Below are positions 30,327-39,882 of a DNA stretch of 64,000 bases, piece after piece. Numbering within the stretch: the stretch's first letter is position 1; every line of letters starts with the position of its first letter. The stretch lies in assembly GCA_043778225.1 (NCBI GenBank), contig JAYWGM010000028.1:1-64000 (forward strand), written 5' to 3'. The notes beneath the pieces were generated by a model. It did no database searches. It was not told the DNA's origin and saw nothing but the letters and a program-made list of their open reading frames with translations. A program made the translations under genes and the position numbers. This stretch comes from Deinococcales bacterium (GTDB lineage: Bacteria > Deinococcota > Deinococci > Deinococcales > JAAFIG01).

Positions 30327-30386
30327 CTACGCCGCGACCCCCCTAGTTAGGGTTACGACTACTACAATAACAAACACGGTTTTCAT
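30327..30386 (-). CDS. ilv leader peptide MKTVFVIVVVVTLTRGVAA
   Basis: Val/Ile/Leu/Thr-rich 19-aa ORF; its 3' GGGGGTCGC can pair with GCGACCCCC of the terminator 5' arm (antiterminator). Confidence 0.88.
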   Translation of the reverse strand: MKTVFVIVVVVTLTRGVAA

Positions 30387-30451
30387 CTCGAGTAGAAGCG
30401 TATCAGTGGTATACCAAGCCTGTCAAGTGCCTGATGACCATGTTTTGTGTT

Positions 30452-31036
30452 TTACCTCGAGAGGTACTGGCTTGGCGTGGTAAAACGCAACATCAAATCT
30501 TTGGCTTTGTTAATGCCTATGCGTTGGCTGACCATCACAGGGACAGGGTTTTGACCTAGGGTTGCGAGGTACAGTTCGCTTTCAGAATCGGTTAAGTCCA
30601 ATCCGTAATGCTGCATTCCAATACCAAGTGCCGCGCAGAGTTTAGCCGGTCCATTGCAGAGTTTGGTTTGTAATTCTGGAATTCCACGGTTTTTGAGCAT
30701 GGTTGTGATTCCAGCAATGGGTTCTACAGCGCGGAACAACACCGAAGATGGCATAGACTCGAGTTCGATGCTGACATTAAAACAAAAGTGCTGTCGTGTT
30801 TGAAAAATGTAACTCATGCCAGCTTGTCCAAATAGAATCTGAGTGCGTTTGGTTTCTCCTGCCACCACATGAGCCGCAGCGTCCCCGATACCTAAGTAGG
30901 CTTCGGTTTCGACCACTCGAGCCAACAAAAAGGTTTGGTTGTCGCGTCGCACAATGTACTGCCCGAGTAGTTGCTGAGCAACTTCTACGGTATTTTGTTG
31001 AAAAAATGCTCGAGGTAAGGCTTTGGGTTCGTTCAT
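30452..31036 (-). CDS. mpg: DNA-3-methyladenine glycosylase (MPG/AAG family)
   Basis: VETEAY, D.AAH, VLFRAVEP, NGPAKLC.ALGI, RIGI motifs. Confidence 0.9.
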   Translation of the reverse strand: MNEPKALPRAFFQQNTVEVAQQLLGQYIVRRDNQTFLLARVVETEAYLGIGDAAAHVVAGETKRTQILFGQAGMSYIFQTRQHFCFNVSIELESMPSSVLFRAVEPIAGITTMLKNRGIPELQTKLCNGPAKLCAALGIGMQHYGLDLTDSESELYLATLGQNPVPVMVSQRIGINKAKDLMLRFTTPSQYLSR

Positions 31037-31114
31037 GGGTGACAAAAGCCTAGCACTTGCTGGTTAATACGTTGCCTTGAATTAAGAAATTAAGTCCTAT
31101 AAACGGGTTTCTTA

Positions 31115-31175
31115 AAAATCTCTACACGTCAAAAAATTTGTGTAGAGATTTTGTAGAGGTCTGGTTTTGCATACT
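31115..31175. promoter_or_regulatory. Operator-like inverted/direct repeat
   Basis: Perfect 13-bp inverted repeat AAAATCTCTACAC-N12-GTGTAGAGATTTT; TGTAGAG repeated at 11-bp spacing; CATACT at 31170. Confidence 0.5.
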
Positions 31176-31350
31176 GTCTTTCAAGAGCAAGCAAGGCAGT
31201 CAACACCACAGGCTCGAGTAGTAAAAGTCGTTAAGGAGTGATTATGAAAAAAGCCCCGCGTCCGATGTAAGTCATAACCACACATTCTTCGTATTTTCGG
31301 TCTAAATCTTTTCAGTTGAGGCTTTTAGCACAACACCTAAGGAGTAAATC

Positions 31351-31527
31351 ATGAAAAAGTTCTTTGCATTGGCACTCGTTTCGGCAAGTTTAATCGCAGG
31401 TATGGTTTCTTGCGGCAGCACACTACGAGTATTTATAGGTCAAGAAGAAAGTTCAACTGCTGCGGTTATACCTTGGTTAAGTTTAATCAAAGATTTTCTT
31501 GCAAAAACCAATCATGGAATGGCGTAA
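31351..31527 (+). CDS. Unannotated 58-aa putative lipoprotein (possibly a truncated remnant)
   Basis: TAAGGAG RBS; MKKFFALALVSASLIAGMVSC signal and lipobox. Confidence 0.5.
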   Translation: MKKFFALALVSASLIAGMVSCGSTLRVFIGQEESSTAAVIPWLSLIKDFLAKTNHGMA

Positions 31528-31943
31528 ATCCCATCACCTCGAGCCTCGAGCTTAAAGGTCGGCAAAGGCTTGTTCGCAGGTCCTTGCTTAACTGCCCCAG
31601 TCTCGAGGTCAAACACACTTCCATGACACGGGCAACCTAGGTCTGTGCCAACTGGCGCACCAACCACACAACCAATGTGGGTACAAACTCGAGAACGGGC
31701 AATCAGATGCACTTCGCCAATGCTCAAACCATCTTTTTGTGGCTTAGCAACTCGAGCAATCACGGCGGGATTGCCACCAAGGTCAAGATTGAGACTGCTG
31801 CCGACCCTTAGAAAATCCTCGAGTGTTCCAACTTTCACGCCAGTTAGCGCAAGGCTTGCCCCTGGATTTTCGCGCACTGGCAGACATCCCGTTGCACCAA
31901 CAAGGCTTAGCGCAATCAGTGCATCCCGTCTCGAGATATTCAT
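31512..31943 (-). CDS. Small Tat-exported Rieske [2Fe-2S] lipoprotein
   Basis: SRRDAL twin-Arg, ATGC lipobox, CTHIGC / CPCHGSVF. Confidence 0.9.
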   Translation of the reverse strand: MNISRRDALIALSLVGATGCLPVRENPGASLALTGVKVGTLEDFLRVGSSLNLDLGGNPAVIARVAKPQKDGLSIGEVHLIARSRVCTHIGCVVGAPVGTDLGCPCHGSVFDLETGAVKQGPANKPLPTFKLEARGDGIYAIP

Positions 31944-32193
31944 CGCTACAGTATGACAGATGTTCTGGGTTTTTTCTAAGTTTTTTGAAAACAAAGCCAA
32001 TCCTTCTCAATTTTGGTGACCAATTACACATTTACCTAAGAATTGTAATCTTGTGCTGTCAACAATGGCGTTTGGGACAATTCTCTGGTTGTTGCATCGC
32101 TTTGTAATTCGTATGCTCTATGCAATCTACCGAATCACATGGTTGAGGTCGTCTACCCAGCATTGCGTTGGGGTTTCTCGAGGAGGAAGGCTG

Positions 32194-33645
32194 GTGAGTA
32201 TGAGTATGGTCGAATCTGTGCGTGACCGTTTATTTCCTGATACTCCAGATGCGTCGGCAAAGCTATGGCTTACGTCGGCTGTGGTCTGGGGCGTGCTGGG
32301 TATGACATTTGGTGTCTTGATGGCAATTTTGTTTGTCTTTCCAGAATTTACCAAGGGTGTGCCGTGGTTATCGTTTAGTCGGATTCGTCCGTCTCACGTC
32401 AATACCGTGGTCATGTCTTGGGTTTCGATGGCAAGCATCGGCTCAATGTTTTATATGCTGCCGCGCTTACTCAAAACTGGCTTAGTCAGTGAACGCCTTG
32501 GTACAGCCGTTGGTTGGTCTTGGAACGCCTTTGCGCTGTGTATCCCGCTCACACTCCTGAATGGAATGTCCGAAGGGCGTGAATGGGCAGAGTTGGTTTG
32601 GTGGATGGATTGGTGGATGCTGATTAACCTCGGTTTGGTTGGGTATCTGACCTTTGCAACCGTCGCCAACCGCAAAGAACAGCAGCTCTATGTTTCAGTC
32701 TGGTATTGGATGGGTTCGATGGTCGGCATGACGATGGTTTGGATTGTCGGCAACCGCACTTTTGTACCACTTGATGGCTTAAACGATGCCATTGCCAATT
32801 GGTTTTATGCCCACGATGTACTGGGGCTTTGGATTACCACCATGGGCATTGGCATTATTTACTATTTATTGCCAAAACTGACGGCTGGCAAAAATGGCGA
32901 ACCGGGCAACCCAGTTTTTAGCCATAAACTGTCTCTAATCGGTTTTTGGGGAAATTTTGCTTTCTACACAGGTATTGGCGCACATCACATCATCCAAGCA
33001 CCCGTGCCAGAATGGTTAAAAGCCTTTGCGATTGCCTCGAGTGTCCTGATGAGCATTCCGGTCTACTCTGCCAGTGCTAATTTCTTTTTGTCCACCCAAG
33101 GACGCTGGGAAAACTTGGCTTGGAATTTACCATTGCGCTTTGTGACTTTTGGTTGGATTATGTACGCCCTCTCGAGCTTCCAAGGCAGTTTACAGGCGGT
33201 ACGTAGCATCAATTGGTATCAGCACTTTACGGGCATTGTCAGCGCTCACGCTCATTTAGCCATGCTTGGCGGTTTTAGCGTCGTGCTTTTTGCCAGCATT
33301 TATTACTGTATTCCACGGCTTTATAAAGTCGAATGGTACTCCAAAAAACTTGTGGTGGTGCATTTTTGGACGTTCACCGTTTCGTTTGTGATGTTCTTTT
33401 TGGTCTGGACAACCATGGGCTTTGTACAAGCCACCAGTTGGGTCATGGGTATCAATGTGCAGCAAACTGTACCGTTCTTGCAGCCATTTACCTTTACCCG
33501 CATGATTGCTGCCTTAGCAATGATTTTCTCGGTTTATATTTTTGCTTATAACGTGCTGCAAACCGTGCGTTCTGCCAAACGCCAAGAGGCTACTTCTCGA
33601 GTCCTCATTCCTTCAGGCGTTGCTCCTGCTGCGGCGGACGATTAG
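32194..33645 (+). CDS. ccoN: C-family (cbb3-type) heme-copper oxidase subunit I
   Basis: RIRPSH, EGREWAE, WFYAH, FYTGIGAHH, AHAH metal-ligand motifs; AGGAGG RBS before GTG. Confidence 0.88.
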   Translation: MSMSMVESVRDRLFPDTPDASAKLWLTSAVVWGVLGMTFGVLMAILFVFPEFTKGVPWLSFSRIRPSHVNTVVMSWVSMASIGSMFYMLPRLLKTGLVSERLGTAVGWSWNAFALCIPLTLLNGMSEGREWAELVWWMDWWMLINLGLVGYLTFATVANRKEQQLYVSVWYWMGSMVGMTMVWIVGNRTFVPLDGLNDAIANWFYAHDVLGLWITTMGIGIIYYLLPKLTAGKNGEPGNPVFSHKLSLIGFWGNFAFYTGIGAHHIIQAPVPEWLKAFAIASSVLMSIPVYSASANFFLSTQGRWENLAWNLPLRFVTFGWIMYALSSFQGSLQAVRSINWYQHFTGIVSAHAHLAMLGGFSVVLFASIYYCIPRLYKVEWYSKKLVVVHFWTFTVSFVMFFLVWTTMGFVQATSWVMGINVQQTVPFLQPFTFTRMIAALAMIFSVYIFAYNVLQTVRSAKRQEATSRVLIPSGVAPAAADD

Positions 33646-33653
33646 GGGTTTTT

Positions 33654-34577
33654 ATGTTAAATGCCAAAAATGCAATTATTGGAATGATGTTTTTACTGCT
33701 CGTGACTGGTGTCACCAGCCTTGTGGTGGTTGTTCCAGCCGCCACTTTTAACCCAGAACCAGCCATTGGTTTACGCAATTACACCGAAGCCGAATTGCGT
33801 GGACGCGAAGTCTTTAAGCGCGAGAACTGCTATGTCTGCCATAGCCAATTTGTACGCTTTCAAGATGAGGGCATGGGCAACACCTCGCAAGCCGGCGATT
33901 TTGCCTACGACAATTCAAATTTATTGGGGACACTGCGAAACGGTCCAGACTTGTCTTATGAAGGTGGCTTGTACCCCGACGAATGGCACATCGGACACCT
34001 CAAAGCACCGCGCTCTTATTTGCCGGGCAGCTATATGCCAAGTTACAGCTACCTCAATAACAACGACATCAAGGACTTGGTGGCTTACATTCAAAGCCTT
34101 GGCACACGCAACACCCGAGCTTGGGACACCAAAGATGTCAACATCCCCGAAAAGTACCGCAACCTCGAGTCTCCGCTTGGTCAAACGACCGCCAACATCG
34201 GGGCTGGGCGAGGTATTTATAACCAAAACTGCTCAGCTTGCCACGGCTTTGAGGGTCGGGCGGACGTGCCACTAGCAAAAATGTTTTATCCAAAACCAGC
34301 CGCCAATTTCCGTTTGCCGCGCTATAAAGACTTTACCGACGGTCATTGGTTTAACAAGGTGGCTCGAGGCGTACCCGGTACAAGAATGCCGCGCTGGGAC
34401 CAAATCCTTAATTCCGAGCAAATGTGGTACGTCGTGACCTACTTAAAGTCCTTAGCCCAAGACCAAGACCTTGTGCCAAAAGCTGGGCGCGAGAAATACT
34501 ACGACAAGAGCGTACTACAACCCGGCACAATTAAGAAAAAGTACGAAGGCGCTCCAAAAGCTGGCGGTGGTCACTAG
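33654..34577 (+). CDS. ccoO: cbb3 subunit II fused to a second c-type cytochrome domain
   Basis: CYVCHSQFVR, GTLRNGPDL, P...PGSYMP; second heme site CSACH with MP axial Met. Confidence 0.88.
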   Translation: MLNAKNAIIGMMFLLLVTGVTSLVVVVPAATFNPEPAIGLRNYTEAELRGREVFKRENCYVCHSQFVRFQDEGMGNTSQAGDFAYDNSNLLGTLRNGPDLSYEGGLYPDEWHIGHLKAPRSYLPGSYMPSYSYLNNNDIKDLVAYIQSLGTRNTRAWDTKDVNIPEKYRNLESPLGQTTANIGAGRGIYNQNCSACHGFEGRADVPLAKMFYPKPAANFRLPRYKDFTDGHWFNKVARGVPGTRMPRWDQILNSEQMWYVVTYLKSLAQDQDLVPKAGREKYYDKSVLQPGTIKKKYEGAPKAGGGH

Positions 34578-34847
34578 ATGCTTTTGCGCTCAGCTGTTTT
34601 CTTGGCTTTCTCGAGTTTAGCCTTGGCAGACCATGTTCCCGGTGTTGGCTTAAATTACAGTGGTACATGGGTGGTTCTGATTGCGGTTGGCGTGATTTTC
34701 TCGTTGCTGATTTTATCGTTTCTCTGGGCATTTTTGGATGGACAATTTCACAATTCCGAACAGGTAAAATTTGCAGTGGCTGCGCCTGACGACAGTTTTA
34801 TTCCCAGCATTGAACGTCCAAAAGAGGTGAGTTATGGCTCAAAATAA
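34578..34847 (+). CDS. ccoS: CcoS-like cbb3 assembly protein with N-terminal extension
   Basis: TM helix followed by FLWAFLDGQF. Confidence 0.6.
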   Translation: MLLRSAVFLAFSSLALADHVPGVGLNYSGTWVVLIAVGVIFSLLILSFLWAFLDGQFHNSEQVKFAVAAPDDSFIPSIERPKEVSYGSK

Positions 34848-34989
34848 CGATGACCAGCACGACGACCACACCCACGAAATCGCTGGGGTGCGGGTTGGCG
34901 AAAAAAATGTACCAACTTCGGTGATTGCTGTTTTTATCTTTGTTGCATTTATCGCCCTGATTTCTTGGATTGCACCACAGGGGTTTTAA
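34834..34989 (+). CDS. Unannotated 51-aa single-TM protein resembling the CcoP N-terminal segment
   Basis: GAGG RBS; MAQNNDDQHDDHTHEIAGVRVGEKNVP + TM; TAA overlaps the next ATG. Confidence 0.65.
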   Translation: MAQNNDDQHDDHTHEIAGVRVGEKNVPTSVIAVFIFVAFIALISWIAPQGF

Positions 34990-35993
34990 TGAAAAAACTT
35001 TTATCCCTATTGCTTTTCTCGAGCCTTGCCGCCTGTAGTCTGCCGAGCGATGCCAATAATCCAGCCAAAGAAGCTGCCAAAAAAGGTGTTTTATATATTC
35101 GTGAAGGCGAAAAGCCACTCGAGTTAAAACCCGAAGAAGGCGCATACGACTGGAAATACCCCAAGTACCCAGAAGATTACAAAGTTGACTTGAGCAACCG
35201 CGACCAAAACAACGCCACCTATATGTCTGGGCGCGAAATCACTTATCGTGCCAAAACCGACGGGCAACACAAAATGGACACCGCTCTTGCCGAAGCTGGT
35301 TCGTATGCCGGTCCATGGCTCGAGGGCGAGGACACTTTACTTTTGCCAGTTGCCAATCCCAATATCATCCTTGGTGATGCTTTGATTAAAACCTTGGGGG
35401 CAGAAATTACCAACGAGATGATGCCAGCGCTCGAGGAAAGCCCATTCCAAGCCTTTTTGAAATTGCGTGAACTTGGTAAAGATGCAGAAGGTAAGCACCG
35501 CACCGTCACGATTTCCTTAACTGGTGTGACCAATCCCTCGAGCGGACAAGCCGAAGTTGCCGAATACGATGTCCAACTTGATAAAGAGGCGCTATGGAGC
35601 ATTACCTATGCGCTCTATCGCAAAATTCAGCCCGATTTTAGTTTGCGAATTGGCACAAAAGACAATCCTAAGGCGAAAGTAGATGGGGCTTTAATTTATG
35701 GCAACTGCAATATGTGCCACGGCTCAGACGGTTGGGGTTTAGGAAAAAGTGGTCATAAGTTGCAGCCACATCCAGCCAATTTCCATGAGCCACGGCGTTT
35801 ATTTAATCGCTCGGATACAAAACTGCGTGAAGTTCTCAAGCATGGTGTCTATGGAAGCGCCATGCCACCATGGAATGATAAGCTCTCGGAAGCCGAGATT
35901 AACCATGTGGTGGCATACATCCGTTCTTTTTCGTACACCCTCGAGCCACCAGTTTTGAATGTCAAGCCACGTTTTAAGGGAGGTCAGCCATGA
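34989..35993 (+). CDS. Lipoprotein c-type cytochrome
   Basis: LAAC lipobox, CNMCH, SAMPPW. Confidence 0.85.
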   Translation: MKKLLSLLLFSSLAACSLPSDANNPAKEAAKKGVLYIREGEKPLELKPEEGAYDWKYPKYPEDYKVDLSNRDQNNATYMSGREITYRAKTDGQHKMDTALAEAGSYAGPWLEGEDTLLLPVANPNIILGDALIKTLGAEITNEMMPALEESPFQAFLKLRELGKDAEGKHRTVTISLTGVTNPSSGQAEVAEYDVQLDKEALWSITYALYRKIQPDFSLRIGTKDNPKAKVDGALIYGNCNMCHGSDGWGLGKSGHKLQPHPANFHEPRRLFNRSDTKLREVLKHGVYGSAMPPWNDKLSEAEINHVVAYIRSFSYTLEPPVLNVKPRFKGGQP

Positions 35994-36039
35994 ACCTGAT
36001 ACTCAAGGCAAAATACCCGATTCTCAAGGGAGGTCAGCC

Positions 36040-36693
36040 ATGATTGACCGCAGAAGCATCATCAAGGGCATCACCATTCTGCCCTTATTGGCGGTGGCTG
36101 GTGGAATCGGTACGGCGCTTTTGTCGTACTTAAAACCAACTTGGAAACCTCTTGCATTGCCAGTCACCGAAAAACCACTCAATAAAGACAAAGTAATTGG
36201 TACACTCGAGGAATTTGATAAGGATTATGCCTTTAAGGAGTTTATTTTTACGCAAATCACGGTCGAGTACACGGCTCGAGGACGGGCTGCGACCGATATT
36301 TTGGGCTATGCGGTGCGTGTCCCGAACGACAAATTAGCCGCCGCCGATGTCGGTGTTGGTCCGAGCGGCTTGCGGCGTGGTTACGGCGAAACAGATTACA
36401 ACGGTCAGAAGTACAGCATCGTGGTGGTCTCGAGAATTTGCGCGCACTTGGGTTGTATTTTTGAGTATCACCTCCCAGCCGAGGTTTGTAGCGGCTTTAA
36501 TTATTGTGGTGGTTCAACCCCGATGTTTTCTTGTCCATGCCACTTATCGGTCTATGACCCAGCCCAAAAACAAGATGTGGCGGGGGCTGGCACATTGCCG
36601 GGCAAGGTTGTTTCCGGTCCTGCACCACGCACCCCGTTCCCATTTGATTTTGAGATTAAAGGCAATGAAATTATTGTCAAGAGCTACGGTTAA
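36040..36693 (+). CDS. Rieske iron-sulfur subunit of a Rieske/cytochrome b complex
   Basis: DRRSII Tat anchor, CAHLGC, CPCHLSVY, GPAPR. Confidence 0.9.
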   Translation: MIDRRSIIKGITILPLLAVAGGIGTALLSYLKPTWKPLALPVTEKPLNKDKVIGTLEEFDKDYAFKEFIFTQITVEYTARGRAATDILGYAVRVPNDKLAAADVGVGPSGLRRGYGETDYNGQKYSIVVVSRICAHLGCIFEYHLPAEVCSGFNYCGGSTPMFSCPCHLSVYDPAQKQDVAGAGTLPGKVVSGPAPRTPFPFDFEIKGNEIIVKSYG

Positions 36694-36704
36694 GGAGGAA
36701 TACT

Positions 36705-38015
36705 ATGGCAGCCCCAGCAATTCCCGCAAAAAAAGCTGTTCCCAATATCGGGCAGAAAGTTGCCCAGTGGTGGACAAAAAGCGCTCGCAACTTAGATTTA
36801 TTCGATGAAAACCAAACCGATAAAGTCTTAAACGACCCATGGTATATGCTCGGCGGAATGGCGTTGCTGTTTTGGTATATCACCATTGCAACTGGTACAG
36901 TGCTGATGTTTTATTATGTGCCAGACACGTATCAGGCATGGCGCAGTGTGCGTGGCATTTTTGAAGGCGAACAGGGATTTTGGATTGCCTTGATTCGCAA
37001 TATGCACAAATACGGCGCGGATGCACTGATTATTGCCCTGACGATGCGAATTTATCGAATGTACTTTCGTGGTGAATTTAAGAATTATAATCAGCTTTCC
37101 TATATCGTCACGATTATTGGCTTGTTGTTAGCGATGTTCAGTGGTTTAACGGGTTACCTACTGATTTGGAATCAACGCGCCCTTTGGGCAACCAAAGTCT
37201 TTGCGACTTTCCCAACCTTTATTGACGATTTCCATAACATCCCAACCATTAAAGTCTTTATGCCTCTGGTGGCTGGTCTGCTCGAGAACACCCTCTCGAG
37301 CCTCAAAATTGGCGCTTTAACCGCCAACTTTATGTTGGCTGGACAAAGCATTGGACCTGCCACCCTGACCCGTTTTTACAGCGCTCACTTTATGCTCTCG
37401 ATTTTAGCCATTTTAGCCATCGAAGCCTATTTTGCCCGTAAAGGACGCGGTGGAAAAATCGGCGAAGCGGCGGCTGGCGGCGGCGCTGGACGTTTTAAGC
37501 GGATTAACTTGCCGTGGTTTGCCGTGGTCTTTTGCTTTGTGGTGCTGGTTGTGGTTTCGATTTGGGTACCTGTCGATACGGGCAGCCCCGCCAACTACAA
37601 CGTCACACCAAATCCGATTTTGTCCGACTGGTACTTTTTAGGCTTATACCAAATGATGAAATGGTGGCAACCTGCCGTGGCGACCTTGCAAACAATCCTT
37701 CTACCGTTGGTGGCTTTTGTGGTGGTCTTTTTGGATTACAGCCCCGAACGCAACCCATGGAAACGCCCATTCTGGACAATGGTTGGTATTTATGGCTTGG
37801 TATCGTGGTTGGCATTTAGCATCCTGATTATTCTGAACATTGCCGACATTAAACGCGACCCGCCTTACGTCTATTTGGTGAGCATGATTATGCTTGGCGC
37901 TGGGGCAATTTGGCACTGGGTATTTATGGCGGGAGAACGCAAGAAGCGTCTTAAACTCGAGGCTGAAAAAGCCGCCAAAGCCGCAATTGCGGCTGTTCCG
38001 CAAGCTGCCGATTAG
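36705..38015 (+). CDS. Cytochrome b (unsplit) retaining only heme bL ligands
   Basis: IRNMH101, TRFYSAH228, Qo-like SDWYF; the +14 positions are R115 and Y242. Confidence 0.85.
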   Translation: MAAPAIPAKKAVPNIGQKVAQWWTKSARNLDLFDENQTDKVLNDPWYMLGGMALLFWYITIATGTVLMFYYVPDTYQAWRSVRGIFEGEQGFWIALIRNMHKYGADALIIALTMRIYRMYFRGEFKNYNQLSYIVTIIGLLLAMFSGLTGYLLIWNQRALWATKVFATFPTFIDDFHNIPTIKVFMPLVAGLLENTLSSLKIGALTANFMLAGQSIGPATLTRFYSAHFMLSILAILAIEAYFARKGRGGKIGEAAAGGGAGRFKRINLPWFAVVFCFVVLVVVSIWVPVDTGSPANYNVTPNPILSDWYFLGLYQMMKWWQPAVATLQTILLPLVAFVVVFLDYSPERNPWKRPFWTMVGIYGLVSWLAFSILIILNIADIKRDPPYVYLVSMIMLGAGAIWHWVFMAGERKKRLKLEAEKAAKAAIAAVPQAAD

Positions 38016-38025
38016 GGGTGTAATC

Positions 38026-38328
38026 ATGAAAGGAAGCACTTGGTTATTTACGATCGCCACATTTGTGGGCGGCATCCTTGTGTTCTCGAGTGGTTATGCC
38101 GAAGTCCTGCGTTACCTCAATAGCCCGACTTGGACGGGTCTAGCAATGATTGCTTTTTGGTTGGCACTGCTGATTTTCTTTGTGGTCACACTTGGGTTTA
38201 TTATGTACGCTGTCGATCGCAAAGCGGGTAATGTTAAAGTTAAAATCGCATTTTTTGAACGGCTACTTGGTCATGATAAAGATGCCAAATTGCCAGAGTC
38301 TCGAGAAAGTAACAAGGAGAATTCATGA
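38026..38328 (+). CDS. Small 2-TM membrane protein of the respiratory operon
   Basis: Two hydrophobic helices; RBS GGGG; co-oriented and overlapping the next gene. Confidence 0.65.
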   Translation: MKGSTWLFTIATFVGGILVFSSGYAEVLRYLNSPTWTGLAMIAFWLALLIFFVVTLGFIMYAVDRKAGNVKVKIAFFERLLGHDKDAKLPESRESNKENS

Positions 38329-38693
38329 AAACAATCATCGCCATTCTGATGGTGCTAGGAGCGCTGGGCTTGACACCCCTAACCATCGGTGCGTTTGCCC
38401 ACGCCAACCCCGACTTTGGGGCGGTGGACAGCACTTTGGTGACCGAAAACCCGTACATTGTGCGCGAAGATGGAGCGCCAAGTATCCCCGCTTTTGCGGT
38501 TAGTTTGGTTAAGTTTATCCGCGACACCGAAGGTGCAATTTCTGGAGCGCTGCTGCCAAACCTTAAATCTTTCCCGTTTGAACGTGGCTTTGCCTACATG
38601 GGACTGACGGTTTTGCTGACCGCCATTGCTTCGGCACTGCTGGCGGATACACGCAGTCAAACGCTGGTCAAGCCCGGCAGGAAGGTGGCATAA
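38325..38693 (+). CDS. Small membrane protein of the respiratory operon
   Basis: AAGGAG RBS; N- and C-terminal TM segments. Confidence 0.65.
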   Translation: MKTIIAILMVLGALGLTPLTIGAFAHANPDFGAVDSTLVTENPYIVREDGAPSIPAFAVSLVKFIRDTEGAISGALLPNLKSFPFERGFAYMGLTVLLTAIASALLADTRSQTLVKPGRKVA

Positions 38694-38694
38694 G

Positions 38695-39882
38695 ATGGCA
38701 GGTTATAGCGCAGACCAAGCACCAACCTCGAGAGACAAAGGCTTTGATGCTGGTTTAGACAGCCTGCATAAGGGTATTGTCTCAATCGATAAAGCCATCA
38801 ACAAGGTTATCCCCGAAGAATTTAATCCATTTTATTACCTTGGTGGCATCACTAATGTCTTGTGGGTTTTACTTGTGCCATCGGGTATTTTTTTGTGGTT
38901 TTACTATAAGCCGACCACCACCGAAGCCTTCTCGAGTGTCGATTACTTAACTGTTCAGGTCTTTTTTGGTGGCGTGATTCGCGGTATTCACCGTTATGCT
39001 GGCAATGGCATGATTTTACTGGCAATTCTGCATATGTTGCGTAATTTTTTTACTGACCGCTACCGAGGTTTCCGCGATATTCCTTGGGTTTCTGGGGTTA
39101 TTTTATTGTTCTTGACTGGTTTTATCGGCTTGACTGGCTACTTATTGGTCTGGGACCAACGCGCCTTGGTGATTACGGAAGCACTGGTGCAGATTTTACG
39201 CAGCTTTGACTTGGTGATTGCTGGCTTTGGTACTTGGTTGGCACAAGGCTTAATCGGCGGCGATGAACCCAATAACCTGACGCTGGCACGAATGTTATTT
39301 TTGCACGTCGGTCCTGCTGTGTTGGTCTTTTTCTTCTTGTGGGTGCATTACTTGCGCTTACACCGACCAAAAATCTGGCCTCCAGCTTTTGTGACCCTTT
39401 TGACGATTGGCGCAGTATTGTTGGCGGCTGGTCTGTTGCCACTCGAGAAAACTTTGCCCGCTACACAACCGATTGCGGCAGGACAAGCTGCCATTGTTTA
39501 CGATATTTTTTATCTGTTGCCCGTTTTGGCGCTCTCGAGCATCAGCGCTCCTTGGATTTTGGCGATTTTATTGGTGCTGTTTGGCGTGATGTTTATTTTG
39601 CCATGGCTACCCGCCAAAAAGCATCGCTATGTCAATGTGGCAACCGTCACCCCAGAAAACTGCACTGGCTGCCAACTGTGCGCCATTGACTGCCCATTTG
39701 ACGCAATCATCATGGTGCCTGGTGCAAACCCGAATCCACGCTATACAGAATTGGCTGTGGTCAACGATGATAAATGTGCTGAATGTGGTATCTGTGTTGG
39801 GGCTTGCCCATTCCATGCAATCAATCTCCCGCTTATGGACGAATACGCGATACGCGATAAGGTGGTGGCGTTACTTAAATGA
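38695..39882 (+). CDS. Di-heme cytochrome b fused to a 2x[4Fe-4S] ferredoxin domain
   Basis: H99/H113 and H204/H218 pairs; CTGCQLCAIDCP and CAECGICVGACP. Confidence 0.88.
   Translation: MAGYSADQAPTSRDKGFDAGLDSLHKGIVSIDKAINKVIPEEFNPFYYLGGITNVLWVLLVPSGIFLWFYYKPTTTEAFSSVDYLTVQVFFGGVIRGIHRYAGNGMILLAILHMLRNFFTDRYRGFRDIPWVSGVILLFLTGFIGLTGYLLVWDQRALVITEALVQILRSFDLVIAGFGTWLAQGLIGGDEPNNLTLARMLFLHVGPAVLVFFFLWVHYLRLHRPKIWPPAFVTLLTIGAVLLAAGLLPLEKTLPATQPIAAGQAAIVYDIFYLLPVLALSSISAPWILAILLVLFGVMFILPWLPAKKHRYVNVATVTPENCTGCQLCAIDCPFDAIIMVPGANPNPRYTELAVVNDDKCAECGICVGACPFHAINLPLMDEYAIRDKVVALLK

Noticed and set aside
31960..32190. FNR or Rex boxes before ccoN
   Set aside because: Only partial TTGT/ACAA and ATTACA/TGTAAT matches; no convincing consensus
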